NCBI GenBank assembly: GCA_963695175.1
Contig: CAVOGG010000006.1
Coordinates: forward strand, 38,052 to 102,051
Reading direction: 5' to 3'
Length of the DNA stretch: 64,000 bases
DNA from: an uncultured Actinomycetota bacterium
GTDB lineage: Bacteria; Actinomycetota; Actinomycetes; Actinomycetales; Dermatophilaceae
This document shows, piece by piece, positions 60,596-64,000 of the stretch. Both the position numbers and the translations under genes were made by a program. Under the pieces are notes generated by a model. It was not told the origin of the DNA. It worked only from the letters and a program-made list of their open reading frames with translations, and ran no database searches. The first letter of the stretch is position 1. Every line of letters begins with the position of its first letter.

Positions 60596-61202
60596 TCAGC
60601 TCGTCGACCGCAGCCGCGGGCAGCCCGCGCACTCCACGCACCCCGGCAGCGCGTAGATCAGGCAGCACGACTCGCGCGGCGGCACGCCGGGGCGGATCAG
60701 CCCGGCCGCCGCCTCGGCCTCGCGCCGGGCGGCCGACCACATGTCGTCGACCAGGGCCGCGCGCACGCGAGGCCCGAGGCGCACGACCGCCGGGTATGCC
60801 GTCGCCACCGGTTCGGCGACCCTGCGGTAGTCGCGCTCGGCGCGCCCCAGGCGCTCGGCGAGCGGGCCGGCATCCGGCACGAGGGCGGTGAGCCGCACCC
60901 GCGACGGCACCAGCGATCGGCCCGAGGTCGAAGGTGAGCCCACCCAGCTCGGCGCGCCACGGCCCGGATGCCGCCGCGTGCGCCGCGGTGTGCGCACCCA
61001 CCTGGAGCAGCCACTGCAGCACGAAGACGGCGGCCACCTGGGGCGGGGCGTCGATGTCGTACCACCGGCCCTGCAGGGCGGTGAGCCGCTTCTGCCACCC
61101 ACGAGCATCGTCGTCGCCCGACCCCCCGGCGAGCGAGCCGAGCGACTGCGGCAACGGCATCCCACCGGCGGTGAACGCGAGCCATGCGTGCCGCCGGGAC
61201 AT
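60596..61202 (-). CDS. (2Fe-2S)-binding FhuF-like protein; frameshift near 60920
   Basis: C-terminal RESCCLIYALPGCVECAGCPR matches the FhuF CC-x-C-x2-C pattern. Confidence 0.75.
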
Positions 61203-61258
61203 CAGCGATGCGGCGCCCACCACGTCGGGGGGCGCCGCATCGGTGTGGTGCTGGTCGA

Positions 61259-61595
61259 TCAGCCGTGCGCCTTGTCGTAGGCGGCCTGCACCTCGGAGGA
61301 GATGCGGCCGCGCTCGCTGACCTGGTGACCGTTCTCGCGGGCCCACGCGCGCACCGCGCTGAGGTCGGTCTTGCGACCGGAGCCCTTGGATGCCGAGCGC
61401 GCGGTCGCGCGGCGGCCGCCGGTGCGCTCGGCGTGGCCGATCCACACGGCGAGGTCGTCGCGCAGCTTGGCCGGCGTTGTCCGAGGTCAGGTCGATCTCG
61501 TAGCTGACGCCGTCGAGCGAGAACGACACCGTCTCGTCAGCGGCGGAGCTCTTGTCGATGTCGTCGACCAAGAGCACCTGGACCTTCTTTGCCAT
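61259..61595 (-). CDS. lsr2: Nucleoid-associated protein Lsr2; frameshift near 61472
   Basis: MAKKVQVLLVDDID...FSLDGVSYEIDL, then VRAWARENG...RGRI AT-hook motif in the next frame. Confidence 0.95.
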
Positions 61596-61763
61596 GGTTT
61601 TCCCTTCGGGGGCTTCGGGTGGATTCCGTGGCAGCTTCATGATGCCGGAAAAGATATTAGCAGCGAATTCCCGATAATGGTGAAACCTTGATGCCTGGGA
61701 ATTGCACCGGCTAATTACCGTCAGGGTCGTGCGGCAGGTCCCTGGTCGCCGGAATCGCGGGGA

Positions 61764-61952
61764 TCACCTTCGGAATCCGTGGTGCTCATCGGTCGAAGCG
61801 GCCTGTGCCCGATCCTGCTCCGCCTCGAACCGGCGCTGGGCGAGGCGTTCGCGCCGGTCACCCTCGAGCATGCTCTTGATGAGGAAGTAGAAAAGGATGG
61901 CGACCAGAATCGTCGGCAGAATGGCTGCGAGGTAGGGCCATACGGCGTCCAT
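61764..61952 (-). CDS. Small single-TM protein (62 aa)
   Basis: ATG 61952 with GGAGAG RBS; hydrophobic helix then [14 protein letters not shown]. Confidence 0.7.
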   Translation of the reverse strand: MDAVWPYLAAILPTILVAILFYFLIKSMLEGDRRERLAQRRFEAEQDRAQAASTDEHHGFRR

Positions 61953-62034
61953 TGGTTCAGGCTCTCCTGCGTCGGGTGCGCGGGTGCGTGCGGGAAGGGA
62001 AACGCGGCAGGACGGCGCCACACGACATCCATGC

Positions 62035-63538
62035 TCAGGCCTGCGGCTTCAGGTGCGGAAAAAGAATGGTCTCGCGGATGTTCGCGCCGGTGAACAGCAT
62101 GACCAGCCGGTCGATGCCCAGCCCGAGGCCGCCCATCGGCGGGGCGCCGTACTCGAGCGCGCGCAGGAAGTCCTCGTCGAGCTGCATCGCCTCGGGGTCG
62201 CCGCCGGCGGCACGCAGCGACTGGGCGGTGAGCACCTCGCGCTGCACGACCGGGTCGACGAGCTCGGAGAAGCCGGTGCCACGCTCGACGCCGGCGATGA
62301 TGAGGTCCCAGGCCTCGATGAGCCCGTCCTTCGAGCGGTGCGGGCGGGCCAGCGGCTGGGCGATGGCGGGGTAGTCGCACAGGAAGGTCGGCTGCAGCAG
62401 GGCCGGCTCGACGAGCTCGCCGAGCAGCTCGAGGAACACCTTGTCCTTCTCCAGGGCCGGGTCGACCTCGACACCGTGCGTCTGCGCGTACCCGAGCAGG
62501 GTCTCCTTCGGCGTCTCGATCGTGACGGCCTCGCCGACGGCCTCGCTGACGGCGTCGTAGACGGGCAGCCAGCGCCACTCGCCGCCGAGGTCGACGGTGC
62601 CGGCCGGGGTGTCGACGAGCCGCGAGCCGAGGGCGTCGGCGACCCCGAGGTAGAGGTCGCGCATCAGGTCGCCGATCGAGGTCTGGTCGCCCCAGGCCTC
62701 GTACGCCTCGAGCATCGTGAACTCGGCCGAGTGCGTGGCGTCGATGCCCTCGTTGCGGAAGATCCGGCCCATCTCGTAGACCCGGTCGACCCCGCCGACG
62801 ACGGCCTTCTTGAGGTTCAGCTCGAGCGCGATGCGCAGGACCATGTCCTGGTCGAAGGCGTTGAGGTGGGTGCGGAACGGCCGCGCGGCGGCGCCACCGT
62901 GCACCAGCTGCAGCACCGGCGTCTCGACCTCGAGGTAGCCCTGCGATCTCGAGCACCGACCGCATGGCGCGCAGCGCGGTCGCCTTGGTGCGCACCATGT
63001 CGCGGGCCTCCTGGCGCACGACGAGGTCGGCGTACCGCTGACGGACGCGGCTCTCCTCGGAGAGCTCCTTGTGCAGCACCGGCAGCGGGCGCAGCGCCTT
63101 GCTCGCCATCCCCCAGCGGCTCGCCATCACCGACAGCTCACCGCGGCGCGAGCTGATCACCCGGCCCTCGACGTACACGTGGTCGCCGAGGTCGACGTCG
63201 GACTTCCACGCGGCCAGCGACTCCTCGCCCACCTCGGCGAGGCTGAGCATGACCTGCAGGCGGGTGCCGATGCCCTCCTGCAGCGTGGCGAACGCCAGCT
63301 TTCCGGTGTTGCGGACGAAGACGACGCGCCCGGCGACCCCGACGACGTCCTGCGTCTCCTCGCCCTGCTCGAGGTGGCCCCACTGCTCACGCACGTCGGC
63401 CAGCGAGTGCGTGCGCGGGACCGCCACGGGATACGGCGGGATGCCGGAGGCGAGCAGGCGGTCGCGCTTGTCGCGGCGGATGCGCAGCTGCTCGGGCAGG
63501 TCGGCCTCGGGGAGGGTGTCGGGGGGCGTCTCGGTCAC
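62035..63538 (-). CDS. lysS: Lysine--tRNA ligase (class II); frameshift near 62950
   Basis: OB-fold VAGRV...[52 protein letters not shown]. Confidence 0.97.
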
Positions 63539-63555
63539 GAGGACCAAGCCTACGG

Positions 63556-63963
63556 TCACCGGTGCAAGGGACTCCTGATGCCCCACCGGTGCCCGAACGG
63601 GTCGATGAACCACGCGGCGCGCTCATCGTTGCTCTCGTGCACCCCGCGGTGGTCCGCCGTGGCACCCTCCCGCACCGCGACGGCGAACGTGGCGTCGACG
63701 TCGGGCACCGGCAGCACCAGGCTCACCGCCGCCCCCGGCCCGGTGGGCGCCACCGCGTCGTAGGCGGGCGCCTCGTCGGCGAGGTAGAACACCCCGTCGG
63801 CCACCCGCAGGGCGACGTGCCCGATCGTGCCGTCGTCGTTCTCGAAGGGCTCGCCCTCGACCACCGCACCGAACACCGTGCCGTACCAGTCGATCGCGTC
63901 GCGCGCGCCCTTCACCGCCAGGTACGGCACGACCACCGCCCGTGGGTTGTGCTGCTGCGCCAT
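63556..63963 (-). CDS. VOC/glyoxalase (PhnB-like) family protein
   Basis: [36 protein letters not shown]. Confidence 0.88.
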   Translation of the reverse strand: MAQQHNPRAVVVPYLAVKGARDAIDWYGTVFGAVVEGEPFENDDGTIGHVALRVADGVFYLADEAPAYDAVAPTGPGAAVSLVLPVPDVDATFAVAVREGATADHRGVHESNDERAAWFIDPFGHRWGIRSPLHR

Positions 63964-64000
63964 GCTCCACCCCGTCCCGGATGCCGTGTGGCCGTTCCCG

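Noticed and set aside
60240-61640. Apparent long Lsr2 fusion ORF
   Set aside because: Produced by frameshifts in lsr2 and in the FhuF-like gene; it also overlaps ligD-pol antisense.

Overview
High-GC actinobacterial chromosome segment next to the replication origin (Micrococcales-like; the taxon is an inference). The left arm is the conserved core: parS, parA-parB, trxA-trxB, anti-sigma-sigM, a kinase-like protein, murJ, NUDIX and cca. The right arm is also core: ino1-padR, ponA, GT87, rpsF-ssb-rpsR-rplI, radA-disA-mutY, clpC, nei, ku, split ligD, lsr2 and lysS. Between cca and ino1 lies an accessory block of about 22 kb (12.4-34.6 kb) built around a secretin-less Tad/Flp pilus locus. Its unusual parts are: (i) two divergent paralogous 440-500 aa proteins made of a Flp-type prepilin N-terminus plus a large beta-rich extracellular domain, each next to a lipoprotein; (ii) a CpaE/TadZ ATPase fused in frame to a TadE-like pilin; (iii) a duplicated 'secreted domain(+OmpA) + lipoprotein' pair; (iv) PP2C and FHA genes; (v) an embedded two-component system; and (vi) a near-identical promoter motif upstream of flp and of the distal pilin-fusion gene. 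I rate this Tad-linked cargo/lipoprotein system as the best candidate for an undescribed system; its function is inferred, not shown. At least 14 genes, including essential ones (lysS, ssb, clpC, murJ), carry frameshifts, most likely sequencing or assembly indels rather than real pseudogenes. No rRNA, tRNA or CRISPR array was seen.
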